Part shown: positions 35,505-44,899 of the stretch, one piece after another
Layout of the letters: every line of letters starts with the position of its first letter
Position numbering within the stretch: the first letter of the stretch is position 1
From: Anaeromyxobacteraceae bacterium
GTDB lineage: Bacteria; Myxococcota; Myxococcia; Myxococcales; Anaeromyxobacteraceae
Assembly: GCA_047602405.1 (NCBI GenBank)
Contig: JASGHJ010000001.1
Location: forward strand, 960,001-1,024,000
Reading direction: 5' to 3'
Length of the DNA stretch: 64,000 bases
The notes under the pieces: model-generated
What the model saw: the letters and a program-made list of their open reading frames with translations, nothing else
What the model was told of the DNA's origin: nothing
Databases searched by the model: none
Made by a program: the position numbers and the translations under genes

Positions 35505-37580
35505 CTACCCCGCGCCGGGGGCGAGGAGCTCCTGCGGCGTCAGCTCGCGGAGGCCGGCCCTGTCGACCGTGAGGTAGAAGAGCGGCTTCTCGGCGGTGCG
35601 CTTCGGCCCGAAGGTGATGTCGCCCGTCGCGCCCGGATAGGCCTTCACGGCGCCGAGCGCGTCCCGGAAGGCCGGGCGGGTCTGCGGGTGGGAGGCGTCG
35701 ATGATCCGGCGCGCCATGCCGGCCGCGTCGTAGGCGTTCGCCTCGATGATGCTCGGGGTCGCGCCCTCGAACTTCTTCTGGAAGGCCTCCACGAACGCCT
35801 TCGTCTGCGGGCGGGTCGAGCCGGCCCAGAAGCCGTCGACGTAGATCGCGCAGCGCACGTGCCGCCCCGCGCCGCCGGGCGAGACGTCGAAGAGGGACGG
35901 GTCGAAGCCCCAGCCGTTCGAGCCGAGGAGCTGCACGGGCACGAGGTCCTCGCGGCCGGTCGTCTTCTTGATGCGGGCGACCTCGTTCGGCTCGCAGGTC
36001 TGGGTGACGATGTCCTCGACCGCGAGGGCGGGCGCGATGAGCTTCACGTTCTGCGCGCCGTCGGGGATGAAGATCGCGTCGAAGTCGGTGACCGGGTCGA
36101 GCTTCTCCCGGGCCTTCTCGATGGCCTTGCGGCGCCGGAAGGGATCGTTCTCCTTCTCGGCGATCTCCTTGACCGTGTCCTTCCAGTCCTGCCGCTCGTC
36201 GAGGTAGAGCTTCCCCACGAGGCTCTGCACGAGCGGCGTGAAGGTGGTGCGGTCGGCCGCGTAGCTCTCCGCCGCCCGGACCTCGCCGCCGCGGGCCTCG
36301 ACCTCGTCCCAGAACGCGTTCGCGAGCTCGGTGCCGTACGGCACCTGCGGCCACATGAGCGCGAACCGCTTCATGCCCCGCCGCGCCATCATGAGCTCGG
36401 CGAGCCCGCGCGCCTGCGCGACCGGGGTGAGCATGTTCTGGAAGACGTTCGGCCCCGCCTCGGTGATGCCGTCCTGGCGCGAGAGCGAGACGAACGGGAC
36501 CTGCAGCTCCTCCGCGGTCGCCGCCGCGCGCTCGGCCTCGGCGGTCGTGACGCCGCCGATGACGAGCATCGCGCCCTCCTGCAGCGCCAGCTGCTCGATG
36601 GCCTGGGCCGCGCCGTCCGGCTCGCCGCGCGAGTCGCGCACCACGAGCTTGAACGCACCGCCGTCGCCGAGCGCGAGCCCGACGCCGTCGAGGACGCGCT
36701 GGCCGAAGGCCTTCTGCGGGCCGGAGAGCGGCACCGCCACGCCGATCACGTTCGGCTTCACGAAGGTGAGCCGGCCGATGCGGTCGACGAGCGCACGCGC
36801 CTCGGCGGCGTAGGGGCCGTCGGGCCAGCGCTGGGTGACCTCGCGCGCGAGCTCCTGCGCCCGGGCGTACTCGCGCAGGTGCAGGTGGATGCGCGCGAGC
36901 TTCATCGTGAGCGCCTCCTGCAGCGGCGCGCCCGCGGGGTACGCCTCGCGGAGCTTCGCGACGTCGAGGAAGGGCAGGCGGTCCACCGCGTCGGCCGCGT
37001 TCGCGATCGCGCGAGCCCGGTCGTCGCCGGTCGTGACCTCCGCGAGCTCGGCCCACCAGCGCACCGCGTCCGCGTCGGCGCCGGCCTTCGAGGCGGCCTC
37101 GGCCGCCCGCGCGGCGGCCTCCGGCTTCGCCTCGGAGGGGAGCTTCCCGTAGAGCGAGCCGAGCGTGGCGAGCCCGTCCTTCGTGCGGCCGGTCTCGAGG
37201 TTCACCACGGCGAGGAGGTACTTCGCCTCCACCGCGCGCCGGTAGAGCGGGTACTCGGTGAGGAGCGTGCCGAGGGCGGCGGCGGCGCGCTCGGGCCTCT
37301 GCGCCTGGCGCCAGCGCTCGGCGGCGCCGTGGAGCGCCTCGGCGGCCGAGGGCGTGCCGCGGTACTTCGCGGCGAAGGCCTCGAGCCGCGCGGCGCCGTC
37401 GGCGGGCGGGAGCGTCGGCACCACGGCCTGCACGTCGGTCCACTCGCGGCGCGCGACGTCCTCGGCCTGGTCGACCGGCATGACCTCGCCGTTCACGACC
37501 GCGGTGCGCTTCGGGCAGCCCAGGGGGCCCGCCACGAGGAGGACGGCCGCCGCGAGCCACCGGACGCGAGGGTTGTGCAT
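35505..37580 (-). CDS. LppC/LpoA-like lipoprotein (TPR-like + type-1 periplasmic binding fold)
   Basis: Lipobox PLG-C; helical repeats; IGVAVPLSG, DAIFIPD, AYDAA, YPGATGDITF. Confidence 0.82.
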   Translation of the reverse strand: MHNPRVRWLAAAVLLVAGPLGCPKRTAVVNGEVMPVDQAEDVARREWTDVQAVVPTLPPADGAARLEAFAAKYRGTPSAAEALHGAAERWRQAQRPERAAAALGTLLTEYPLYRRAVEAKYLLAVVNLETGRTKDGLATLGSLYGKLPSEAKPEAAARAAEAASKAGADADAVRWWAELAEVTTGDDRARAIANAADAVDRLPFLDVAKLREAYPAGAPLQEALTMKLARIHLHLREYARAQELAREVTQRWPDGPYAAEARALVDRIGRLTFVKPNVIGVAVPLSGPQKAFGQRVLDGVGLALGDGGAFKLVVRDSRGEPDGAAQAIEQLALQEGAMLVIGGVTTAEAERAAATAEELQVPFVSLSRQDGITEAGPNVFQNMLTPVAQARGLAELMMARRGMKRFALMWPQVPYGTELANAFWDEVEARGGEVRAAESYAADRTTFTPLVQSLVGKLYLDERQDWKDTVKEIAEKENDPFRRRKAIEKAREKLDPVTDFDAIFIPDGAQNVKLIAPALAVEDIVTQTCEPNEVARIKKTTGREDLVPVQLLGSNGWGFDPSLFDVSPGGAGRHVRCAIYVDGFWAGSTRPQTKAFVEAFQKKFEGATPSIIEANAYDAAGMARRIIDASHPQTRPAFRDALGAVKAYPGATGDITFGPKRTAEKPLFYLTVDRAGLRELTPQELLAPGAG

Positions 37581-37597
37581 GGGTGGGTTCGTCCCGG

Positions 37598-38716
37598 TCA
37601 GTTCGAGTCGAAGAGCTCCGACACCTTACGCCAGAAGCTCTTCGACTGGGGATGCGTGTCCTCGCCGGAGATCTCGGCGAACTTCTCGAGCAGGTCGCGC
37701 TGCTCCTTCGAGAGGTGCGTGGGCGTCTCGACCGTGACGCGGACGTGCTGGTCGCCCCGCCCGGTGCCGGAGAGGCTCTGCACGCCCTTCCCCTTCAGGC
37801 GGAACACCTTCCCGCCCTGCGTCCCGGCGGGGATCTTGAGCTTCGTCGGCCCGTCGAGGGTGGGCACGTCCACCTGGCCGCCGAGCGCCGCCTGCACGAA
37901 GGAGATCGGCATCTCGCAGAGGACCTCGGTGTCCTCGCGCGTGAAGATCGGGTGCTCGCGCACCTGCACGACGACGTAGAGGTCGCCGGGCATCCCGCCG
38001 CTGCCGGGCGCGGGCTCGCCCTCGCCGGAGAGCTTGAGGCGCGTGCCGGTGTCGACGCCGGGCGGGACCTTCACCTCGACCGTGGCCGTGTCGCGCGTCG
38101 CGCCCGCGCCGCCGCAGTCGGAGCACTTGTCCATGACGACGCGGCCCGAGCCGTTGCAGTGGTGGCAGGTCCGCGCGATCGAGAAGAAGCCCTGCGTGAG
38201 CCGGACCTCGCCGGCGCCGCCGCAGGTCGGGCAGGTGCGGGGGCCGGTGCCCGGCTTCGCACCGGAGCCCTTGCAGGTGGTGCACGGCTTCGCGCGCGGG
38301 ATGGTGATGCGCGCGGTGGTGCCGAACGCGGCCTCCTCGAAGGAGATCTCGAGGTGGTAGCGGAGGTCGGTGCCGCGCGCGCGGCCGCGGCCGCGCTGGC
38401 GCTGCTGGCCGAACATCTCGCCGAAGATGTCGCCGAAGATGTCGTTGATGGAGGCGCCGCCGCCGAACGGGAAGTCGCCCGGCATCCCGGCGCCGCCGTT
38501 CACGTGGCCGAAGCGGTCGTAGCGGGCGCGCTTCTCCTGGTCGGAGAGGACCGCGTACGCCTCGGAGGCCTCCTTGAACTTCTCCTCGGCCTCCTTGTTC
38601 CCGGGGTTCTTGTCGGGGTGGTACTGGTGGGCGAGCTTGCGGTAGGCCGACTTGATGGCCGACCCGTCCGCGTCGCGGCCCACGCCCAGCACCTCGTAGT
38701 AGTCGCGCTTGTCCAA
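37598..38716 (-). CDS. dnaJ: Chaperone DnaJ
   Basis: [15 protein letters not shown] region, four CxxCxGxG repeats; TTG start at 38716 is inferred. Confidence 0.96.
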   Translation of the reverse strand: MDKRDYYEVLGVGRDADGSAIKSAYRKLAHQYHPDKNPGNKEAEEKFKEASEAYAVLSDQEKRARYDRFGHVNGGAGMPGDFPFGGGASINDIFGDIFGEMFGQQRQRGRGRARGTDLRYHLEISFEEAAFGTTARITIPRAKPCTTCKGSGAKPGTGPRTCPTCGGAGEVRLTQGFFSIARTCHHCNGSGRVVMDKCSDCGGAGATRDTATVEVKVPPGVDTGTRLKLSGEGEPAPGSGGMPGDLYVVVQVREHPIFTREDTEVLCEMPISFVQAALGGQVDVPTLDGPTKLKIPAGTQGGKVFRLKGKGVQSLSGTGRGDQHVRVTVETPTHLSKEQRDLLEKFAEISGEDTHPQSKSFWRKVSELFDSN

Positions 38717-38769
38717 GAAATCCCAGGGGTTACGTTGGCCGGCCGGCGGGGGGACCCCGGGCCCGAGCC

Positions 38770-38797
38770 AACATAACGCACCGGAAGCGCTTGGCAA
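38770..38797 (-). promoter_or_regulatory. Sigma70-like promoter upstream of dnaJ
   Basis: Minus strand TTGCCA-N16-TATGTT. Confidence 0.5.
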
Positions 38798-38956
38798 TCC
38801 GGCGGGCGCAGGAGTCCGTCACCGACGCCGGCCGGAGGTACCACATGCCGACCCCGCGTTCCCCGGAGCGCGACCGGCGGGCAGATCAGCGCACCGCGCA
38901 GAATTCACTGGATGTCACGACCCCGGGGCGTGAGGCTGCGCGCGGGGGGAGACACC

Positions 38957-40303
38957 ATGCACGTGCACCGTTCTCTGGCCGCGGTCTGTGTCGCGTTCTT
39001 CGTCGCTGCCTGCGGAGGGGGAGGCACCGGGGAGCAGGGCGGTACGGTACCGCCCACCGGTGCGGCGAGGGCCGTCGCGCCCGGCGACACCGGCGTGCCG
39101 CTCGATGCGCCGCTCGTCTTCACGCTGCCGGCGGACGTGGACCCGTCGAGCTTCTCGGCCGCGAACGTCACGCTGCGGGGGCAGGTGAACGACGGCCCGC
39201 AAGCCTGGGCGCTCGACACCTCGCTCGACACGACGACGCGCAAGCTCACGGTCTCGCCGCACCGGGTGCTCGCGGCCGGCACGTTCTACACGCTCACCCT
39301 GCAGGACCTGAAGACCACGGCGGGCGCCGCCCACGCCGTCGAGCTCGGCTTCCGCTCGATGCTCAACCCGGTGCTCCGCGAGTACCGGCCCCACGACGGA
39401 CCTCCTCCCGGCTTCGTTCTGGAGCTGGGCTGGCGGATCGAGTGGGCCCGCGACGCCGCCGGCGGCGCGCTGGGCTCGACGCGCTTCTACTCGAAGGGAG
39501 CGGACGGGCGCTGGGTCACCGGCGACGACCCGGTGGTCGGCTACTCGACCGTGAGCGGCGGGACGGGACCCGGCGCGACGACGCTGGAGGAGCTCTTCGA
39601 CGGCGCCGGGGCCGACCTCACCTGGCACACGCCGGACGACATCCTCCGGGAGCGGGTCACCTCCGTTCGCGACGCCCACGGGCACGTGCTCCGGCAGCTC
39701 ACCCAGTCGCGCGGCAACGACCACGTGCTCGACACGGCGGACGACCTCTTCGCCTGCGTCGCACGCGTCGAGGATGCCCAGGGGCGCCTCACCGCGGAGG
39801 GCGTGTGTAGTCCCGGGCCGGACGAGACCTACTTCACCGCGGACGACACGCTCGCCGTCAACACGCGCTGGATCCGCGACGCGAACGACGAGGTCAGCGA
39901 GCAGCGGTTCTACGTCGCCGGCCCCGACGGGATCCAGGGTACGGCCGACGATCAGCTCTACTCGGTCCACACGTACACGCGGACGCCCGGCAAGGTCCTC
40001 GACAGGTTCTGGGGCGCCGGCGCAGACGGGATCTTCCCGAGCGCGGACGACCTCCCGCAGGCCTGGGACACCGACGAGCTCGACGCTCGGGGGCGAGTGC
40101 TCCGGTCGTCCGGGTACATCGGCAAGGGACCGGACGGCAAGGTCGGCACCGACGACGACGACGTCTACTACCGGACGAACTTCAAGTACGACACCAGCGG
40201 CGCGCGGACGTGGTCTCGGTTCGCTCATCGGGGTGCGGATGGGAAGATCGACACCTGGGACGACGACGTGGAGTACGAGCGCGAGTACCTGACCGATCGG
40301 TGA
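38957..40303 (+). CDS. Lipoprotein: Ig-like (Big_5-type) domain plus eight GxD(G)-x5-DD repeats
   Basis: FFVAA-C lipobox; PGDTGVPLDAPLVFT...LAAGTFYTLT; repeats such as GPDGIQGTADD and GPDGKVGTDDD. Confidence 0.75.
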   Translation: MHVHRSLAAVCVAFFVAACGGGGTGEQGGTVPPTGAARAVAPGDTGVPLDAPLVFTLPADVDPSSFSAANVTLRGQVNDGPQAWALDTSLDTTTRKLTVSPHRVLAAGTFYTLTLQDLKTTAGAAHAVELGFRSMLNPVLREYRPHDGPPPGFVLELGWRIEWARDAAGGALGSTRFYSKGADGRWVTGDDPVVGYSTVSGGTGPGATTLEELFDGAGADLTWHTPDDILRERVTSVRDAHGHVLRQLTQSRGNDHVLDTADDLFACVARVEDAQGRLTAEGVCSPGPDETYFTADDTLAVNTRWIRDANDEVSEQRFYVAGPDGIQGTADDQLYSVHTYTRTPGKVLDRFWGAGADGIFPSADDLPQAWDTDELDARGRVLRSSGYIGKGPDGKVGTDDDDVYYRTNFKYDTSGARTWSRFAHRGADGKIDTWDDDVEYEREYLTDR

Positions 40304-40323
40304 AGAGCGGGGAGAGGCCTGAG

Positions 40324-41232
40324 GTGACGACGAGAGCCACGCCGACCGGACCCCTGGACGGCCTCGCGCCGGGGACGGTCGAGACCCGGTCCGGGCCCTT
40401 CGAGTGCGCCGTCCTGGGCGAGGGGCCCGCGGTCCTCTCTCTGCACGGCGCGATGGGCGGCTGGGATCAGGGCGCGCTGCTCGCGCTCACCGCGGGCGTG
40501 CCCGGCTACCGCTACCTCTGTCCGTCGCGCCCCGGCTACCTCGGCACGCCGCTCGCCGACGCGCGGACGCCCGCCGCGCAGGCGCGCCGCTACGCCGACC
40601 TCCTCGACGCGCTCGGCGTCGAGCGCGCGGCGGTGATGGCCATCTCCGGCGGAGGCCCGTCGGCGCTTCGGTTCGCGGTCGACTTCCCGGACCGTTGTTC
40701 CGGTGCGGTGATCTTCTCCTCGGTCGTGCGCCGGCAGGACCAGCGCCTCCCGCTCGCCTGGTGGGTGCTCCGCGTCGCGCTCCGGTTTCCACCGCTCGCG
40801 GAGGCGATGCGCAAGCGTGCGTCGCGTGATCCCGACGCTGCCGCGACCCGGTCCATCCCGGAGCCCGACGTCCGCGCCCGCACGCTCGCGCACCCGGAGG
40901 CGGGCCCGTTGCTCCGCGCGCTCTTCGCGAGCACGAGCCGCCGGATGGCGGAGCGGCTCGACGGCACCGAGAACGACGTGGCCGTCACGCGCGGCGCGCT
41001 CGACCTCCCGCTGGAACGGCTCCAGGTGCCGGTGCTCGCGGTGCACGGGACCGCGGACGAGCTCGCGCCGTTCGAGAACGCCAGGGAGCTCGTCGCGCGG
41101 GCGCCCGGCGCGGAGCTCCTGGCGCTCGACGGTGGACGCCACGTGGCGATCTACACGCACCTCGAGGAGGTGCGGCCGGCCGTCGGGCGCTTCCTCGCGA
41201 GCCACGCCGGCGCGGCGTCAGCCGTGCCCTAG
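40324..41232 (+). CDS. Alpha/beta-fold hydrolase
   Basis: LHGAMGG, SRPGY, AISGGG nucleophile elbow, HGTADELAP, GGRH; alternative GTG start at 40300. Confidence 0.88.
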   Translation: MTTRATPTGPLDGLAPGTVETRSGPFECAVLGEGPAVLSLHGAMGGWDQGALLALTAGVPGYRYLCPSRPGYLGTPLADARTPAAQARRYADLLDALGVERAAVMAISGGGPSALRFAVDFPDRCSGAVIFSSVVRRQDQRLPLAWWVLRVALRFPPLAEAMRKRASRDPDAAATRSIPEPDVRARTLAHPEAGPLLRALFASTSRRMAERLDGTENDVAVTRGALDLPLERLQVPVLAVHGTADELAPFENARELVARAPGAELLALDGGRHVAIYTHLEEVRPAVGRFLASHAGAASAVP

Positions 41233-41415
41233 GCGCCGCTCGGCCCGGCGGGCCTGCATACCCTGCCACGCCCACCAGCACGCGTAGACGCAGAGGCCCA
41301 CGGCGAGCGCGCTCCGCGACTCTCGGGCGGTCCACGGGATGACGCGCGCGAGGAGCGCGGCGACGAAGAGGGCGGCGGTCAGCCGGAAGCAGCGCGCGGC
41401 GGTCAGGGCGGGCAT
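41218..41415 (-). CDS. Small two-TM hypothetical protein
   Basis: 65 aa with two hydrophobic segments; overlaps the hydrolase 3' end by 15 nt. Confidence 0.4.
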   Translation of the reverse strand: MPALTAARCFRLTAALFVAALLARVIPWTARESRSALAVGLCVYACWWAWQGMQARRAERRLGHG

Positions 41416-41542
41416 GGTGCAGGACGAATCTTGCCCATCTCGCCGCTGCCCGTCGCCCGGCGTGAGGAGCCTTCCGGACGTTCGTGGGCCTGCCAGACCT
41501 CGGTGACGTCGACCGCCCGGCCGCTGCGCTGGCCGGCTCGCT

Positions 41543-41944
41543 TCACCCGCGGCTCCGCTCCTTCACGGCCGCGTACGCCGCCGCGATCAGCGCCTCGAGC
41601 GCGCCCCCGTTCTCGGCCTGGCCGGGCCGGAGCTTCACGTGGCGCATCCGCTTCCCGCTGCCCTCCAGCAACCCGGCGGGATCCGGGAGCAGCGCGCCCA
41701 GGAAGAAGCCGACGTTCACGTGGTCCCGCCACGCGGCGACGTACGCGAACGCGGCGTCGCCCACGCAGGCGGTCGGCGCGCCGTCGTGCATGAGCTCGCG
41801 CACGTCGGGACCGCAGGCGCGCATCCGAGCGAACCACGGCTCGAGCATGGGGCGCAGGTCGGCGCGCTGCGCGCGCAGCCAGGCGTCGATCGCGGGGTCA
41901 CGCCGGACCGCATCAGGAAAGCGCAGGAGGTCGCTGGAGCTCAT
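41543..41944 (-). CDS. DUF1801-family protein
   Basis: HVNVGFFLGALLPDPAGLLEGSGKRMRHVKL motif; GGAGAG before ATG. Confidence 0.82.
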   Translation of the reverse strand: MSSSDLLRFPDAVRRDPAIDAWLRAQRADLRPMLEPWFARMRACGPDVRELMHDGAPTACVGDAAFAYVAAWRDHVNVGFFLGALLPDPAGLLEGSGKRMRHVKLRPGQAENGGALEALIAAAYAAVKERSRG

Positions 41945-42162
41945 CGTCTCTCCCCACCGAGCTCACGATCTCGATTCAACCCGGACGCGGACGACGTGAG
42001 AGCCGGTTCTGGTCACAGCCCATGCGAAGCGACGCCCCGCCGCGCGCGCTGTTGCGACCCGTTCGCAAACACTTCCGCGGAGGAAGTCCTGGGGCGACGA
42101 CGACCCGCCCCGCGACGACGCCGCGATGCCCGCGCAGACGTCTGCGCCGCGAGTGCCGCGCC

Positions 42163-43983
42163 CTACGTCCCGCCCTGCTGCGCGTAGATCGCGTCGGCGA
42201 TCCGGTACGCGGAGCCCTCGAGCCTCGTGAGGGCCTCCTTGATCGCGGCGACGTCCTCGCCCTTCAGCTGGCTCTTCAGCACCTCGAGGTCGGCCTTGAT
42301 CTCCTGGAGGTCCTCCGGCTTCAGCGCGGAGGCGTACTCCTCGAGGCTCTTCTCGGTCGTGTAGATGAGCCCCTCGGCGTTGTTCTTGAGGTCCGCGAGC
42401 TCCTTCTTCTTCGCGTCGTCCTGCTTGTTCGCGTCGGCGTCCTTGATCATCCGCTGGATCTCCTCCTCGGTGAGGCCGGAGGAGGCGGTGATGCGGATCT
42501 GCTGGACCTTGCCGGTGCCGAGGTCCTTCGCGGACACGTGCACGATGCCGTTCGCGTCGATCTCGAACGTCACCTCGATCTGCGGGACGCCGCGCGGCGC
42601 GGGCGGGATGCCGACGAGCTCGAAGCGGGCGAGCGTCTTGTTGTCGCCCGCCATCTCGCGCTCGCCCTGCAGGACGTGCACCGACACGAGCGGCTGGTTG
42701 TCGACCGCGGTCGAGAAGACGTTCGACTTCTTGCACGGCACGGTCGTGTTCTTGTCGATGATCTTCGTGAACACGCCGCCGGCGGTCTCGACGCCGAGCG
42801 AGAGCGGGGTGACGTCGAGGAGGAGGACGTCCTTCACCTCGCCCTTCATCACGCCGCCCTGGATGGCGGCGCCCACCGCGACGACCTCGTCCGGGTTGAC
42901 GCCCTTGTGCGGCTCCTTGCCGAAGAACCGCTTCACGACCTCCTGGACCTTCGGCATGCGCGTCATGCCGCCGACCAGGATCACCGTGTCGAGCTGCCCG
43001 ACCGTGACGCCGGCGTCCTTGAGCGCGGTCTTGCACGGCTCGATCGTCTTCTCGACGAGGTCGCCGACGAGCTCCTCCAGCGTCACGCGGTCGATCGTCT
43101 CGGCGAGGTGCTTCGGGCCGGTGGCGTCGGCGGTGATGAAGGGGAGGTTGACCTCGGTCTCCGCGGCGGAGCTGAGCTCGTGCTTCGCGCGCTCGGCGGC
43201 TTCCTTGAGCCGCTGCAGCGCCATGCGGTCCTTCTTGAGGTCGATGCCGTTCGCCTCCTTGAAGCGCTTCGCGAGCCAGTCGATGATCCGCTGGTCGAAG
43301 TCCTCGCCGCCGAGGAAGGTGTCACCGTTCGTGGCCTTCACCTCGAACACGCCCTGGTTGAGCTCGAGGATCGTGATGTCGAACGTGCCGCCGCCGAGGT
43401 CGTAGACGGCGACCTTCTCGCTCTTGCCCTGGGTCTTGTCGATGCCGTAGGCGAGCGCGGCCGCGGTGGGCTCGTTGATGATGCGCAGGACGTTGAGCCC
43501 CGCGATGCGGCCGGCGTCCTTCGTGGCCTGGCGCTGGGCGTCGTTGAAGTAGGCGGGGCAGGTGACGATCGCCTCGGTGACCGGCTCGCCGAGGTAGTCC
43601 TCCGCCGTCTGCTTCATCTTCGCGAGGATCATCGCGGAGACCTCGGAGGGCGAGTACTTCTTCGCCTCCACCTCGACCCACGCGTCGCCGTTGTCCGCCT
43701 GCGCGATGTGGTACGGCACGAGGCCGAGGGTGCGCTTCACCTCCGGGTCCTCGAACTTGCGGCCGATGAGCCGCTTCACGACGTAGACCGTGGACTCCGG
43801 GTTGGTGATCGCCTGGCGCTTCGCGATCTGGCCGACGAGCCGCTCTCCACCCTCCGTGAATGCGACCATCGACGGCGTGGTGCGCGAGCCCTCGGAGTTC
43901 GGGACGACGACCGCGTCGCCGCCCTCCATCACCGACACGCAGGAGTTCGTGGTGCCGAGATCGATGCCGATGACCTTGCCCAT
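42163..43983 (-). CDS. dnaK: Chaperone DnaK (Hsp70)
   Basis: [53 protein letters not shown]. Confidence 0.98.
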   Translation of the reverse strand: MGKVIGIDLGTTNSCVSVMEGGDAVVVPNSEGSRTTPSMVAFTEGGERLVGQIAKRQAITNPESTVYVVKRLIGRKFEDPEVKRTLGLVPYHIAQADNGDAWVEVEAKKYSPSEVSAMILAKMKQTAEDYLGEPVTEAIVTCPAYFNDAQRQATKDAGRIAGLNVLRIINEPTAAALAYGIDKTQGKSEKVAVYDLGGGTFDITILELNQGVFEVKATNGDTFLGGEDFDQRIIDWLAKRFKEANGIDLKKDRMALQRLKEAAERAKHELSSAAETEVNLPFITADATGPKHLAETIDRVTLEELVGDLVEKTIEPCKTALKDAGVTVGQLDTVILVGGMTRMPKVQEVVKRFFGKEPHKGVNPDEVVAVGAAIQGGVMKGEVKDVLLLDVTPLSLGVETAGGVFTKIIDKNTTVPCKKSNVFSTAVDNQPLVSVHVLQGEREMAGDNKTLARFELVGIPPAPRGVPQIEVTFEIDANGIVHVSAKDLGTGKVQQIRITASSGLTEEEIQRMIKDADANKQDDAKKKELADLKNNAEGLIYTTEKSLEEYASALKPEDLQEIKADLEVLKSQLKGEDVAAIKEALTRLEGSAYRIADAIYAQQGGT

Positions 43984-43986
43984 CGC

Positions 43987-44676
43987 CTAGCCCCCCTGCT
44001 CCTCGCCACCGGACGGCGCGGCCACCGACACGCCCACCATCGCCGGCCTGAGCAGCCGGTCGTTCAGCGTCCAGCCGCGGGCGTGCTCGAGCACCACCGT
44101 GCCCGGGGCGTGCTCCGCGGTGGGCACCTGCATGAGCGCCTCGTGCCGGGCGGGGTCGAACGGCTGGCCCATGGCCGAGAAGCCCTTCACGCCGTGCTTC
44201 GCGAGCGCCTGCTCGAGCGAGGCGCGCACGAGCTTCACGCCCTCGGTCAGCTTGTCGCCGGCCGGCGCGGCCGCGAGCGCGCGGTCGAGGTTGTCGACGG
44301 CCGGGAGGATGTCCTTGAGCATCCGCTCGTTGCCGAACTTCTGGATCTCGTCCTTCTCCTTCAGCGCCCGCTTCTTGTAGTTCTCGAGGTCGGCCGCGGC
44401 GCGGAGCATCTTGTCGTGCTCGTCCTTGAGCTTCTCCATGAGCTCGCGGCCCTTCGCCTGCGAGAGCTCGAGCTGCGCCTTCAGGCTCGCGACCTCGGCG
44501 GGGTCGGCGCCCTCGCCACCGACCTCGACCGGGAGGCCCTCGTTGAGCTCGGACGCCGTCGCGGGATCACCGCCGCCGCTCTCGCGGGCGACGCGCTCGA
44601 CGGAGCGCAGGGCCTCGTCGATGGCGGCCTGCGCGATGTCCGCCTGGAGGGAGCTCTTCTCGGGCTGATCGGCCAT
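43987..44676 (-). CDS. grpE: Nucleotide exchange factor GrpE
   Basis: From [51 protein letters not shown]. Confidence 0.96.
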   Translation of the reverse strand: MADQPEKSSLQADIAQAAIDEALRSVERVARESGGGDPATASELNEGLPVEVGGEGADPAEVASLKAQLELSQAKGRELMEKLKDEHDKMLRAAADLENYKKRALKEKDEIQKFGNERMLKDILPAVDNLDRALAAAPAGDKLTEGVKLVRASLEQALAKHGVKGFSAMGQPFDPARHEALMQVPTAEHAPGTVVLEHARGWTLNDRLLRPAMVGVSVAAPSGGEEQGG

Positions 44677-44899
44677 GTCGGTGTGCGGGTGAAACGGGGG
44701 TCGGGCCCTTCGTCCAGGAGGGACGGGGCTAGACCCGGAACCGTCATGATGACACGGCGCAGCCTCGCGGAACAAGGCGAGTTTTACGGCCCGGGAAGGG
44801 GGCCGTGGGCGGTCCTTCGACGCCTTGCGGCGCGCACGACGAGTCCGTCAGAAATGCCGCGCCGTCAGGCCGTCCCCGCCGACGGGCCCGGGTCCGGCC

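Noticed and set aside
38791..38817. TTGGCAATC upstream of dnaJ as a CIRCE half-site
   Set aside because: No GAGTGC(T/C)AA arm 9 nt downstream; better explained as the -35 region on the minus strand.
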